DNA of 64,000 nucleotides from Hamiltosporidium tvaerminnensis FI-OER-3-3 (GCA_022605425.2 CM061246.1:1364001-1428000), one strand, 5' to 3'. Positions 1 through 13,038 are shown, counted from the first letter of the stretch. The notes: generated by a model from the sequence alone, not told the origin. A program made the numbers and translations.

Positions 1-1540
1 ACTCTTCATTTGTATTAGTTGTTGGTTCCTTTGCTGTGGTTATGCCATCCAAAATAAGGGGTAAAATATTTTTTGTATTTTCCGTTTTAACATCATCTTC
101 CTCGTTGTCTACTTGCTTTAAAGGGGGTATTGGTTGTTTATGCATCTCAGCTCCTAAGATAACACTTAATGATGCTCTCTCCCAGCTCTCCTCGGCATTT
201 GGACCAGACTCAAGTCCTCTTCGTCGATCAAAAGAAATTGTTTCGACTGTCTTCTTGAGTACTATGGATTGTATATATGCCTCTACATTCATGGGTATTT
301 GCAGTCTCTTAACATACGTCTTATGGTATTTTGTCACAATACCATCCCAGGTCATCACATAAGGAATTATCTCTACATTGCATTTATAAATAAGACCTAA
401 CTCATTTGCTAATAGGTCATACTTCCTAAGCTTCTCTGTTTCAACTATTTGAAGAGAGTCTTGGGATGTGATTCCTACTTCAATGAGGGTTATCCTATTC
501 TGTCTCTTGTCTAAAATAAATATATCTGGTCTGTTACACCGGATCTTGACATCAGTTTTTATTCTGGTGTCCACTCTTATCTCTGCATATTCGTTATCAG
601 AATTTCTTGAACTGAGTGGCTTCTAATTCGTTTCGAAGACTTAAACTTATATTTATTCAGCAAGAGTAAATGTATACATCGTACCACTTCATTATGTCGT
701 CTAGTATAGTCGTGACCAAGCATTTTTTCACATCTCGTTGCTAAGTGATCAACAGTTTTCCTAGACTGGTTGCAGTGTTGACACATACCTTCTGCACCCC
801 AGAAAACATTTCTATCCTGGATATAACAGAACACTGCTTCATCACGTGGTCTTACACTTCCTTTCTTTAACCATCTTGAGGAGTCATTTACACTTACCAG
901 CTCGTTATTTCTAGCGCTATATAACTTTGAATGTAGTTTTCGGTTTTTGATTTCGTTATATAGGTTAGCTAGTTGAGCTTCTTCAATTTCTTTTTGGTGA
1001 CTTCCTCTTCCAACCCGTATTTTATTTTTAAAAGTTTTTAATTAGTGAAAGGTGGGTTTTATTATTATTCTCAACCTTTAGGATTGCTGCTCTTCTGGTC
1101 GATGTATCTTTATGTTTTTCCAGACAATCCAAGAGTTGCAAAAGCATATGTTCGCTTTTGAACTCGACACTATGTAAACCTCTTCCAAGTTCTTTACGTG
1201 GAAGGTATAGACGTTCTTTGCATCCTGGGCGTAGATGTATTTTGTTCTTTACTAACACTGCACGCACCGCATCATCTAACTTAGAGAAGTCAGCCGGTTC
1301 AAGTTGGAGTACACCTATATGATAGTTTAGTAAAGAAATTGCATGTTGATTAATGGCTTGAAATAAATTTCTTGCATTTAATCTCGTGCGACAAAGTCTT
1401 TCTACTCGTGCTATAAGTTTGGTCTGTACTTCCTCAAACGACTTACTTGTTGGAATTCCTCTGCTATCTTCTATAATTCCAAGGTATTTATAAACACCTA
1501 TTCCTTCAAGAAGAGTAGCAGTATCTTCACAACATGGATC
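1..1540 (-). mobile_element. RLE-type non-LTR retrotransposon (R4/Dong-like), 5'-truncated, disrupted
   Basis: Minus-strand fragments give the end of RT (YKYLGI ~1480), ERLYLPRKELGRGL, the CCHC finger CQHC..DHLATRC, RHNEVV and the RLE RPDIFILD/IEVGIT/EKLRKY motifs. Homology to the 34.5-36.8 kb copy stops abruptly at 1540. The element runs off the window start. Confidence 0.9.
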
Positions 1541-1719
1541 ATTTTAGAAAAGAAAAATAAATTATTGGTAAAAAAAAATATTTTATTTTTCGCATTTATT
1601 TTAGAAAAGTGGGGAAGAGTACAAGAGGAGTGGAATAAGTAATATATCTTAATCGGGAGAAAAATTGTTAGTAAAAAAAATATTTTAATTTTACTTTGTA
1701 AAAAATATTCTTTATTTAA

Positions 1720-2436
1720 AAAATATCATATGTTCTTTAACGGGTCATGTGCTATATTTGTTTTCATGGTATGAATACAATTTTAGGTTTAACATAAATA
1801 AATGCTGCCCCCAATACTATTATTATTTCATAAAATACTTAGAATCATTCAATTTTTAATCTAAAAGGTATGTAGAACCCAATTAATAGGCAAGACAGTC
1901 GACCAGTTTTCGGTAATTGCTTGGCATGGAGTTTGATTGTAGGTAGAACCCACATGAGTCTCTCCTAAGACTATGCAGCATCCCCACATACTCTACACTT
2001 TCTGAACCAAATAAACTTCTAGCTAAGATATATTTCAAAGACTTATATGGGGTCCACCTAGACAGTGCAATGTCATATCAACAGGTATAACCCGCTACTT
2101 AGCTCAAACGGCTTTAAATGGTTTTTTGTTTTATATTTCACAGGCGTTATGTCTTCTAACCCAAGTGAGGAGGACTATGTTTCCTTGCTTTTACATGGTA
2201 GTTATCTACAAGTTTGGTTGCAGTCTGTGATCTAATTACATAGAAAACTACAAATAAATTTGTAGAAAAGGTTTCGCCATTTGGTAGACCTCTCCTCCTC
2301 ATAAAAACTCCCATGGAACAACTGAAGAACCAGTGTATTTTTATCCTCACCGAAAATACAAACAATGACCTCACACCAATTTCCCACACTTATTGCCAAG
2401 CAGAAAGTTTTTTATCTGGTTATTCTTCCTCAACCA
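1720..2436 (-). repeat. Family A structured non-coding repeat, copy 1
   Basis: Reverse complement is colinear with 31028-31727, 39793-40500 and 50200-50897; invariant GACATTGCACTGTC hairpin at 2061-2074. Confidence 0.9.
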
Positions 2437-2566
2437 TTTAGAAATAAATAAAGTTAGAATTTTATTTTATTCGAATCTTATAATAGTAAAAATCGTTTGT
2501 ATATGGATAATAAGAAATATTGTTGTTTGTGTAAAGTTTAATGTAAATATAATTACTATAATTTAT

Positions 2567-3850
2567 TTAATATTCTAGGTCACATAAGGCTATTTCCAGT
2601 TCTGTCATAAAGTTTTCCTCATTAAAAAGATTGTTTTCAAATTCAATAAACTGATTTTCTTTAGAAAAAGTAGTTTGTGTAAATTCTTTATAGAGAAGTT
2701 GAATTCTGTTTGTAAGCGCAAGTAAATTTCTTTGCATTTTCTTTTTACCACTAAAATTTTGTAGCATTTTCAAACGAGCCAATATATGTCTATAACGACG
2801 GTTTATATAAGTGAAACGATTTTCTAGCCAAGTTATTCTAGATTTAAATGTATAGGTGTTGTTTGGATAAGAAAATAAGTTTGGTGAATAAATATCCGCG
2901 TGGCCATTATTTCGAGAGGAAGAAAACATATGTCTCGTTTTTATAGATTTATGATGTTCTTTATCAGATGATGAAGATGTTTCTGAGGATGTGCTTAAGT
3001 CTTTAATATTGAAAAAGTGTTTCTCTGATGATCTCAACTGGTCTTTTTTATGAAAGTTTGACTCATATTCTGAATTTACGTGTGAGACGCATCCAAGTAC
3101 TGGTTTTTCTATACTTAAATGCATATCATGATTTTGGAATGTAAAAACATCAGTCATTAAATTTGGAGAAAGAGAATTACTTTCAGATTCGATTGTGTTA
3201 TTGTGTTTAAAATATCTATCTATAGATTTATTTTCAGTGGGAACTGAAATACTTGTATCACTTGATTGTATACTTACTTCTGAATCATGTAAACTACTGT
3301 CCTGGATATCTTCATCGGAATTAACCGAAGATTGTGAGTTGGCTTCAGAATTTGGTGGCGTTTTTAATTTAAAATTATAATTTTGACTTGTATTTTTTGA
3401 GCCTGATTTATTTAGAGGGCAGAGACTGTTTTTAGATGAATGCAAACTACTATGCGCACGTTTCGAGGAACATCCTTCTGGCGAATTACATCTAGAGACA
3501 TCACTATACGGCCCTAATTCATCAATCTTTTTAATAACAGGAATTTCATCTGCCAAAGAAAAGCTACATTCTTCGCATTTACTTGATTGATTCGAACCAA
3601 AGTGAGAAATATCTGATAACCTATTCAATATTTCTTCTTCGGTCGAAGATGCACTACTACTTTTTTCAACCTCAACATCATTAAACAGATTCCTTGTGAA
3701 TATAAAGTTATTATTGATTCCTTTTATGAAATAAGTTCGGTCAATATAAATACAGACATATTTCCTATCTTCGCACATACATCTTTGCTTAGATAAATAT
3801 ACCAACCCGACATATTGAAATATAACAAAAATAAACATATTGTTTCTCAT
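2567..3850 (-). CDS. Hypothetical secreted Ser-rich protein with C-terminal helical/coiled-coil region
   Basis: Long ORF (~430 aa) in AT-rich DNA with hydrophobic N-terminus MFIFVIFQYVGLVYLS. ATG is at 3850 or 3838; the TTG start in the ORF track is unlikely. Confidence 0.75.
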   Translation of the reverse strand: MRNNMFIFVIFQYVGLVYLSKQRCMCEDRKYVCIYIDRTYFIKGINNNFIFTRNLFNDVEVEKSSSASSTEEEILNRLSDISHFGSNQSSKCEECSFSLADEIPVIKKIDELGPYSDVSRCNSPEGCSSKRAHSSLHSSKNSLCPLNKSGSKNTSQNYNFKLKTPPNSEANSQSSVNSDEDIQDSSLHDSEVSIQSSDTSISVPTENKSIDRYFKHNNTIESESNSLSPNLMTDVFTFQNHDMHLSIEKPVLGCVSHVNSEYESNFHKKDQLRSSEKHFFNIKDLSTSSETSSSSDKEHHKSIKTRHMFSSSRNNGHADIYSPNLFSYPNNTYTFKSRITWLENRFTYINRRYRHILARLKMLQNFSGKKKMQRNLLALTNRIQLLYKEFTQTTFSKENQFIEFENNLFNEENFMTELEIALCDLEY

Positions 3851-4559
3851 TTTTATTAATATTAACGGCAAATTTATAAATTATAGATTTTAATTTATTA
3901 ATAAATTTTAATTGATATAAAAATATTTTATAATAGAATTTCCATTTTAATTTAATTAATAAAATTAATCTAAATTTTTGTTCTTAAAATTTTATCAAAA
4001 TCAAACAAACGACAAAAATAAATTGTAATATTAAGGATTATTAGAAAATTAATATCTTCATATTTTCCAAAACATTCTATTCAGGTCAACTTTAAATAAA
4101 TTCTTTTTACTCAGAAATACTTAATTTTTTGTTCTATTGCTATTCAATTCAATTTAATTTAATTTTAAAAATACATTCCAGATTTATCTTTAATTTAATT
4201 TAGAATCTGTATATTTAATCTTTTGATTAAATTTAATAAAAAAAATTTTATGATTAAAAACATGTAAATTTTCTGAACATATAATCTATATATATCTTTT
4301 TTTTATCGAATTTAAACAAACAATTATCTACCTAGAAAAATCCATTGCTATTATTAGGGAAGAAAACGGATCATTTATTTAAATTCATTTCGTAGGAGAA
4401 GCTTTAATATATTATTCAAAATATTATAAGACTTTAAAAAATCTCAAATTTTTTATAAAAATTCTGAAATGAAAATATTTTCCCTTTTTCTATATCTTCT
4501 TCTGTAACTTCAATTGACTCGATTATTTCTCTTAATTTGACCTCTATTTATAATTATCG

Positions 4560-5075
4560 TGGGTTCCTCTGATGTGGTTAGTTATATGATAGATTATAGT
4601 TTATTCTTTGTTTTTAATTTTTTATATTCCTTTTCGTCGTTACTTGCATGTATTATAACGATGTATTGGATCCTCATGTGTTTCAGCTTCTCTAATAATA
4701 CTAATAAACGCTAATTCCCATCTCCTTTCGCTATTTGATCCTGACTCAAATTTTACTCGGGAATACAAGGAAATTTTTTCGGCTTTCTCTTTGTGCACTA
4801 TCAACCAGATATGATTTTTCATTCAAGAAGTATTTGAAATCTTTTAAGATACATCATATGGTATTTTGCCACAATACCGTCCCAGGTTATCACATAAGAA
4901 ATTATCCCAACACTACTCTTATAAATAAGATGTTTTCCTTAGCAAGATGATAATTCGAAGTTTTTAGTTCCAACTATTTGAAGTAAATCTTGTGAAGTAA
5001 TTTCTATTTCAATAAGCGTTGTTCTATTTTCACTTTTATCTAAAATAAACATCTCTAGATTATAAATTATAGATT
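4560..5075 (-). mobile_element. Decayed 3' fragment of the R4/Dong-like element
   Basis: Matches the RLE region of copy 1-1540, e.g. ccgtcccaggttatcacataagaaattat vs ccatcccaggtcatcacataaggaattat. Confidence 0.8.
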
Positions 5076-6872
5076 ATCTATAATTTTTTACATTTGATTC
5101 CTAGTTTAAATGTATTTCTACTTTTAAAAAAAGGACAGAAACGAAAATTATAAAAAAACTAAGCAAAGCTTAACCAAAAAAAATATAGAACTAAATGGAG
5201 AATCAATTCAAATATATTCAAAAATGGAAATAATAGGTTTTTAATGTTAAATTTTCTAAAACTGCATATGAAACAAAATAAAAGATTAATTTTTATGAAA
5301 TTTCTATTACTTTGTGCCTAAATTTATTTTTGAGTCTAAAAGCAAAAGGTATTATTATGAGAAAGCAATAATTTTGTAGAGAATCAAGAACAAGTTATTT
5401 TATTGGTAATATGCTTATATAGTGCTGTACAGTGAATTGATTCGGTATATATATCTAACACATATATAGATTCAAATCTATAAAACAAACTAAGTGACAC
5501 ATTATGTAAAAGTACTTTAATACAGTTAAGCAGCAATAAACTTAAATTCAGAAGAAACCCGAAGTAAAAACAAAAAGATACATTTTTTGATATGAAATCT
5601 GATGGATAAATACTTTTATGAATCAGATTTACTTCACAATACCTGGTCAAATTAAGTTGAATCGATAAAACATATATATATATCGATAAATTAGTCATGT
5701 ATTAATTTTTTTAGAAATCACTCGATATTATCTAACATTTGATATTTTTGCTGCCGTTGTAAGCAAATCTCACAAGATATACCTTATAAATTTTTAAATA
5801 TTTATGAATGTAGAAGCATATATACAGTTAATAATAATAATTGAAAAGCTAGTCGAAAATATTTCTTTGGTTTTAATAAAGTATTGGATACAAGACAGAA
5901 ACTGATAAATGTTCTAGAATATATCTAAGGATTTAATACAAGCTACAAAAACTCTTAACATATTAGATTTACATTGTGTGTGCGCAACAACAAGAAAGAA
6001 ACTGGTATGAAAACAACAAAAAAAACATTGAATTTCAAACTTTGGTTTAAATTTCGAATTAATGCTTTGACTAAAGATGTAGAAAAAGGGTTTAATAAAA
6101 GAAACAAGTCAAATGAAACGGAGAAGATATAGCAAAGCAAAGCCTGAGCAAACCAGCTCGATGTAATATAAATCTTCGACTTCTATCGTCTTCCAATTAT
6201 AATTTATTGCTACATTTCTATTTATAGATTTAATCAGGAAATAAATTGATTTAGAAAAACATTTGTTCAATACAGGAATCAAAAAAAGTATAAAAGATCT
6301 GAGAAATTCTTATATTTCAACTTTGAAGTTGATTATCACAAGTTTTTTTTTCAACATCATATAAAAGAAAACCTAATTTACCAAAACCTTTTTTTTCTTT
6401 AATAGAATTCAATAAATATGTTTCATTTTAAAAATCATTAAAAAAATTCAAATATGCTGTCTCCAACATATAAATCTATTTTTTGATCTAAAATATTTCT
6501 TATATATATATTGTTGAGCTATAGATCTATATTATATTGATAAGATAAATTTTATTTTGAAATATAAAAAATATCTGCATACTAAGTTAGAAGATAATAT
6601 TTATGTTGTAAAGATTGGTATAGTGCTTAAAAATTTAAATAGTGACAAACTTACAACTATTCTATTAAAAGTTTCCTCCTAATTACGAAAGTTAATAATA
6701 CTTACTTCTTCTGAAGTAAAAAAAAAGGATTTTTCTTTTAGATCCAAAAATTTTTTAATAGTTGCACAGGAAAAGTTCATTGAATTAACAATTATTATTA
6801 ATAAAATTAACAATTATTAATTAAATTAAAATTAGTAATTAAATTAAAAATTTTCGAACAATTATATGAAAC

Positions 6873-7100
6873 TTACTCATATATTCTATTCCTCTTTTAC
6901 CTCTCAGTGTCGAGGATGAATAAACGAAAATTTACCATTTGTTTCTTTTAATCTGTTGTAATTCGGGATTATATGGGATCGGCCTATAGATCAGTACGAT
7001 TTATATCCCACAAAAAGAAACAATGAGATTTCACACCAATTCTACGTACTCATTTGCAACCAGAAAATTTTTAACCTGGTTATACTTTCTCCACCTGATC
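6873..7100 (-). mobile_element. Family B ~230-bp SINE-like insertion with 9-bp TSD
   Basis: Flanked by direct repeat ATATGAAAC (6864-6872 and 7101-7109); colinear with 21435-21662; head shared with family A. Confidence 0.8.
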
Positions 7101-7370
7101 ATATGAAACAATAATTTTAATTAATTCAATAAACAAATTAAATTTAAAAATTTTAAGATCGCTTTATAAACCATTTTTAACATTTAAAATATAAGAATAT
7201 AAAAGAATGCATTAAATATGTAAATAACGCTACACCCAACACATTCTAAATAAAAAATACAATTTTTAAGATTAAAAAACTTCTTTATTTCCTTAAATAT
7301 GTCAGAACATCTTTTAACTGATTAAACCAATAAGAATAAAAAATACAATTTTTAAGATTAAAAAACTTCT

Positions 7371-7916
7371 TTATTTCCTTAAATATGTCAGAACATCTTT
7401 TAACTGATTAAACCAATAAGAATAAAAAATATTGGAATTTTTTATAAAACAAAAACCAAAAATAAAAAGATTACAAACAACCACACAATTAAAAAACAAA
7501 AAAGAAATCGTTTTTCGTCTAAAGAAGTACGAAATAGCAAAAAGTAAATTAAAAAAAGTTGACAAAACTGAACAGTTAAATGCATAAGTTATTTTAAAAA
7601 CGATAGATAAAACATTAAAAAATGAAGAAATAATATTCACTACAAATATATTTGTAGAACATCTTGTATCAATTTCTAAATAATCATTTTCTTCTTCTAT
7701 AATCATTGATGGATATAATAAAGGTATTAGAAGTATTAATAAATTTATTGCTATCAAAAATAATATTTTTGATTTTTCATCTGGAAGTATAAAAAATTTA
7801 CTTCTTTGTAATACCTTGTAACATGTTAATGTTATAGTGTTTTGTAATAGTGCTGTCACTATGAGTAAAGCAGAAATAAAAAATAATGGTGCTGTTGATA
7901 TATAAAAGAAATTCAT
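7371..7916 (-). CDS. Hypothetical multi-pass membrane protein (about 4-5 TM)
   Basis: 181-aa ORF with several hydrophobic segments; GGCCCTAAATG start context. Confidence 0.7.
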   Translation of the reverse strand: MNFFYISTAPLFFISALLIVTALLQNTITLTCYKVLQRSKFFILPDEKSKILFLIAINLLILLIPLLYPSMIIEEENDYLEIDTRCSTNIFVVNIISSFFNVLSIVFKITYAFNCSVLSTFFNLLFAISYFFRRKTISFLFFNCVVVCNLFIFGFCFIKNSNIFYSYWFNQLKDVLTYLRK

Positions 7917-8616
7917 TTAGGGCCATTTTAATTTTTAAATAAATATTTTCGATTTTTTTATTGAATTTTAAATAAAATTGTAAAAAGAAATTCATTTAGG
8001 GCCATTTTAATTCGAATAAGGATATTTATTTTTTCTATTGAATTTCAAATAAAATTGTAAAGAGAAATTCGTTTTGATTATTTATATTTTAAAGGAAAAT
8101 TTTAGCGTTAAAATTTATTTATACGTTTTAATGGTAAAAGAGCTGGAAGAAAATATATAAAAAATGGTAAAAAAATATTTTAACTCAGAATTTTATTAAA
8201 TAAATTTGTACGTTTAAATATGTAAAATAAGAAACTAAAATTAAAAAGTAAAGCTATTAAATGATAATATAAAGTTTTTTGATTGATTTAAATTGTACAA
8301 TGAAAATAAAAAAAAATTTAAAAAAATAGGAGAAAAAACTAAGAGAAATTACAAATATACATAATTATACATACAACTATTTCTTAAAAATTGTTGGTTT
8401 TTACTTACTAACTCAAATTAGTTTTTAAAAAAAGTAAGAAAATTTTTTTAAAATAGTTTGGTACAAATAAATATTCTCATTGAATTATTTTTTAAAATTA
8501 TTCAAAGAATTCTATGAGTTAAATTGGTTTTTATACGTACTTATGTATAAAAATATTTTTAAATTTTGATTTTCAAAATGTGAAAGATTTTAACAAAGAA
8601 ATTATAAATAAAAATC

Positions 8617-8817
8617 ATTCTTCTAAATAAATACAAATAGAAACCTATTTAATTTATAGAATTCTTTGAATAAAAAATGATTTCTTAAACATTATTCTTC
8701 TAAATAAATACTAATAGAAACCTATTTAATTTATAGAATTCTTTGAATAAAAAATGATTTCTTAAACATTATTCTTCTAAATAAATACTAATAGAAACCT
8801 ATTTAATTTATAGAATT
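8617..8817. repeat. 77-bp tandem repeat, about 2.6 copies
   Basis: attcttctaaataaatac.. recurs at 8617, 8694 and 8771. Confidence 0.9.
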
Positions 8818-9381
8818 GCATTTGGCTACCTTTAAATATATTTTAATCTCACGAAATCAGACTTTTTCAGTAGAATTAAACTCATAATAAAACCAAAGCT
8901 TAAATTCGTTATCTTCAACTAAAACTTTTTCTTTAGAATATTGAAAATAAAAATTTTGTATCGAATTTATCAATAAATATTGAAATTTTAATTTGTCTGA
9001 GAAATAAAGAATAAAAAATATTTTTTGTATCCTTGAATGGTATTAATACTTGAGATTTATGTATCATCCTTTCAAATTATATAGTCTTATCTATTATTGG
9101 TGAAAATTATATAAGAATGTGTCTATATAATACTAATTAACAACTAAATATTAAAAAATAACTATTAAGTATTATTTGAAGCTATTTATTCTAAATCGAA
9201 GTAAACAATTATTTGTTTTTTCAATTTTTATGAAAAAAAAAATTTTAAAATTTATTTTAGATAAAAATTTAATTTATCAAATATTGAAATATTGAAATAT
9301 AAAATATAAAATATCAATGAGTGGAATAAGCTAAAACTTAAAATTTAAAATATTTTATAAAGAAAAATATCTTTTTATACC

Positions 9382-10332
9382 ATGTTTTATTTATTATTCT
9401 TATACGTTGTAAGAATTTGGATGTGGTGTGCTGTCAGAGAAAATATAATCGAAGAAATAAGCAAAATTTTTAGTTTCAACAAAAGTGATAATATAGAAAC
9501 TTTTAGTGAGAATAATACTAAAGCAGATATTTCAGAAGTGGTTCAAAATTCAGTTATTGACAAAAGTGATAATATAGAAACTTTTAGTGAGAATAATAGC
9601 AAAGCAGATATTTCAGAAGTGTTTCAAAATTCAGTTATTGAAGAGTCAATTCAGTCTCAAACACATAATGAGGAGGTTGAAGCCGAGACTTCAGAAAATT
9701 TATTAACTAAAGAAAAAGAAAGGGAATTTAATGATAAATGTCGCGTTTTCTTTGAAAATATAGTGAAATCTATTTTGAAAGAAGTTAATTCGTGTTTTTT
9801 CGAGGAGAATAATGAAGCTGATATACAGGGTGATGTACTGCTTAAAGTATTCAAGACTATCTATTGTTCAAAAAACAATTTGGATGCAAAAAAAGATGAT
9901 AACTGTACAAATAGTGAAACATTAGAATGTCCTCATCAAAAACAGAAAAAAAATAAACAAAGAAATGAATTGAGCGAGAGAAGACGAGCCAAAATATCGG
10001 GGAAAAGGAGATCCAAGCGTATCAATTTTTGGAAATCGAAATATAAAGATTTAAAATCAAAAAATCGAAAAGTTAAGATCGTAAAAGTGTTCCTTAAAGA
10101 TGAAGGAATACAGTGCAATATTAATGATCCTCCACAAAATCCCTCATTTATACCACCACCGCCTCCTTTGGATAATCTTAGAAATTTTGAAAACAAAAGA
10201 TCAGAAAGCTCTAATGTCCAAAAAGAATTGCCTAAAAAAAATGCATCTGGTTCCTTCAATCCAGATCTGAATTCTGCTTTGCTCAAGAAGTTTGAAGAGC
10301 TAAGGAGTAAAGGTAGATTGGCCAATCATTAA
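9382..10332 (+). CDS. Hypothetical secreted protein: 27-aa duplication, basic tract, PPPPP, C-terminal amphipathic helix
   Basis: 316-aa ORF, hydrophobic N-terminus, 81-nt tandem duplication at 9481/9562. Confidence 0.8.
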   Translation: MFYLLFLYVVRIWMWCAVRENIIEEISKIFSFNKSDNIETFSENNTKADISEVVQNSVIDKSDNIETFSENNSKADISEVFQNSVIEESIQSQTHNEEVEAETSENLLTKEKEREFNDKCRVFFENIVKSILKEVNSCFFEENNEADIQGDVLLKVFKTIYCSKNNLDAKKDDNCTNSETLECPHQKQKKNKQRNELSERRRAKISGKRRSKRINFWKSKYKDLKSKNRKVKIVKVFLKDEGIQCNINDPPQNPSFIPPPPPLDNLRNFENKRSESSNVQKELPKKNASGSFNPDLNSALLKKFEELRSKGRLANH

Positions 10333-12667
10333 AAATACTTTTAATACAATTTGTTTTTTCATTTTATTGTAATTATGACTCTTTTGCGCTAAAAAAAATC
10401 AATTTTAGATTTTATCACATTTTAATACTGCAATAATAGCTGGTTTAAATTCAAATATTTTTTTCAGTTTAACCTCGGAAAATTTCTAAATAAAATTACT
10501 GTTTCATTTATTCTTACTTTTTCGTTTTTTAAAATAAAATATATTTGATATTACCATCTATTAATTGTATTTTTAAATGATTTTTTGCAAAAATTATTCA
10601 TTCCGATTTCCATTATTATTCTATTATGATAAATTGATTGAGAACTTGTCGGCCCCGCATATATTTTTATTTAAATTCCCATATTTAAAGTTTCAATTCT
10701 TTATTTTTCAGCCTTAAATACTTTTTAAAGATAAACCTGAATTTTCTGCTTTATATATACACTGGTTATTCTAAATTTAGTTAACTGATAATATCAGTAG
10801 TGTATATGTAACCTTCAAATCATCAAAATATTCCATGATAAAAAGTCAAGAATACTCTTTAGAGTTAAAAAAATATCTGCGTTTGAGATCTAAAAAAATA
10901 TAAATTTCAAAATCACTTATTTTTTTAAAAAAAAAATTTTTAATGGAATAAAACCATATATACAGACCAAACCTTAAATTTATGTATAAATCTATAGTAA
11001 TTTTTATTTAAATCCAAACATATAAAATTTATTTAATTATATAATGTAAAATAGTAACTTAAATCGAATATTTAATCAAGGTTTTTATAGTTTGGCTAAG
11101 ATTTCCTCAAAAAATAGTAGAGCGCTTAAAAAAAAAATACAATGTTTATTAAACTCGAGGAGACATGAAACATACATAAAGACACATTATCGAGTGAAAT
11201 TTATCTTTTCCGTTGTATAAAATATTTCATTTTTTTCAAAATAATATTCTACAATATAAATCAATAGTCCTGATACTTTCAATATCTGTATATAAAATAA
11301 ATATATAGCAATGAGTAATTCGTTTCTTTTTCTGGTTTGCAGATTACAAGTTATTCCTAACCTGAAAACTTGGGCAGATATCATTCCTAATAAAAAAACA
11401 GCTATAATAATATTTTATATTTGAATATTTTAGGCCTTCACGTATTAATTAGCTTTCTGTTTTTTTCGCAATAAGATAATGATATAGACAAATGTATAAT
11501 TTTTTTTATCGTGCTTCTTTGTTTAATTAAAATATATCTTATAGCATTGATTATTTCAATCTAAAAAAGACTCAATAAACACTGATTTTAGAAAAAAAAT
11601 AAAGAAAGGTGCCAAATCACCATGCTTCCAACATCTGCAACTATTTATAAAGGCAGTTTCATATTGAATATTAAATAAAAATCGAACCATTAAATAACAG
11701 AAAAACTCCAAAAAAATCTATGAATGTTGATCTACGATAAAAAATCTCGACTTAGATAACAAATTAAGTAAATATTTCAAAAGAACAAATAAACTTATAC
11801 AAAACTTTTGATTTATTGACATTATACATGAGTATTTATAGATAATTATATTAAAAGTTATAATGGGTCGTGTTTTACAGCCAAATTTACAACAATTTAG
11901 CAAAAATAACAAAATTAAAATTATGAAGAATAATACAGAGCGTTTCTTTCTTATTATTGTACAAAAATGCCGATTTTAACCAAAAGAAAAGTCACTTGAT
12001 ATTCATTTCTGGCGGGTAAAAATTCTTAAATACAAATAACATAAAGGGTTTTTATAAATTTAGCAATCGAAAATTTTAGATAGTTTGGCTTCAAATATTC
12101 TCATCTATATATTGATAAATCCTGGTCTTCTGTATTAATTTGAGCATATTGTTCTAGCTTTATATGTATAAATTAAAATTTACCAGGAATATGAATCCAA
12201 AGAAAAATCAGAAGAAATAATCAATATGAGTAAATGTACAATTCATCAAAAAATGCATGTTTAAATATAAATTATCATACCATGTGACGATAGTTAAACA
12301 TAAAACAAATATATATCTAGTTTACTTAAAATCAATCTGTGTATATTTTAGAAATATTCAATGGAAAATTTTTATTTTTAGTTTAAATACTATAAATATG
12401 AATATATAAGCGTGTTATATAGATATCGGTAGGTTAAAATTGTGAAATGTATCGACCTGATAGCAATTATAACGGCCGATTACTTTTTTTCGTATCAGTA
12501 AATAATAAAAGAATCCACACAAATACCTAGCGAGTTAAATAAAAAACACAGGAACATTTGATAAAAGTTTTTAGAAAAATATATTCTTATTTTCTGCTAT
12601 AATTACAAAGCGAAGATAAAAAAATGGTTTCAATTTTCAATACCAATCTTTTTGAAAATAAAATCTT

Positions 12668-12907
12668 ATTGATTTATTCATCCCTGGCATTACAGCCCTA
12701 TGCGAGCCTTGGTCTTTCTTAGTAATACTGCCCACCGGTCTTTTTCCAGTGGGTTTGTTTACTTATCGGGTTTCGGAACAAAGTAGTTTTGAAGGGTGGG
12801 TTGTTAGCCCTACGCTCAATCCCAATATGGAGGATCTGTCCTTTTTAGTCGCCTCTTGCGACAAGCAGAGAATAATCCAAGCCATTTCTGCGCCCGGCAT
12901 GGTACCG
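12668..12907 (-). mobile_element. Non-autonomous RTE-clade retroposon (5' UTR motifs fused to 3' tail) with 12-bp TSD
   Basis: TSD AAATAAAATCTT at 12656-12667 and 12908-12919. Minus strand carries CTTGTCGCAAGAGGCGACTAA and TTGAGCGTAGGGCTAACAACCC (recalled as RTE 5' motifs) and CCAAGGCTCGCATAGGGCTGTAATGCC..GATGA (RTE-like 3' end). GC-rich relative to flanks. Confidence 0.75.
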
Positions 12908-13038
12908 AAATAAAATCTTTTTATTAAATAGAAAGCAAATTGCAAATTTTTAAATATAAATTCGATATAAGAATCGAATGTGAAGAAAGATCAAAATCAG
13001 TAAAATATTAGGCAAATCAAGTAAATTTATTTTACCTC

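Noticed and set aside
2156-2163. CTAACCC as a telomerase RNA template
   Set aside because: Barely one repeat, antisense to the inferred RNA strand, and not conserved in copies 2 and 3.
2156-2389. ORFs inside family A (also 50276-50545)
   Set aside because: They lie in opposite orientations relative to the element, and neither is preserved in the other copies.
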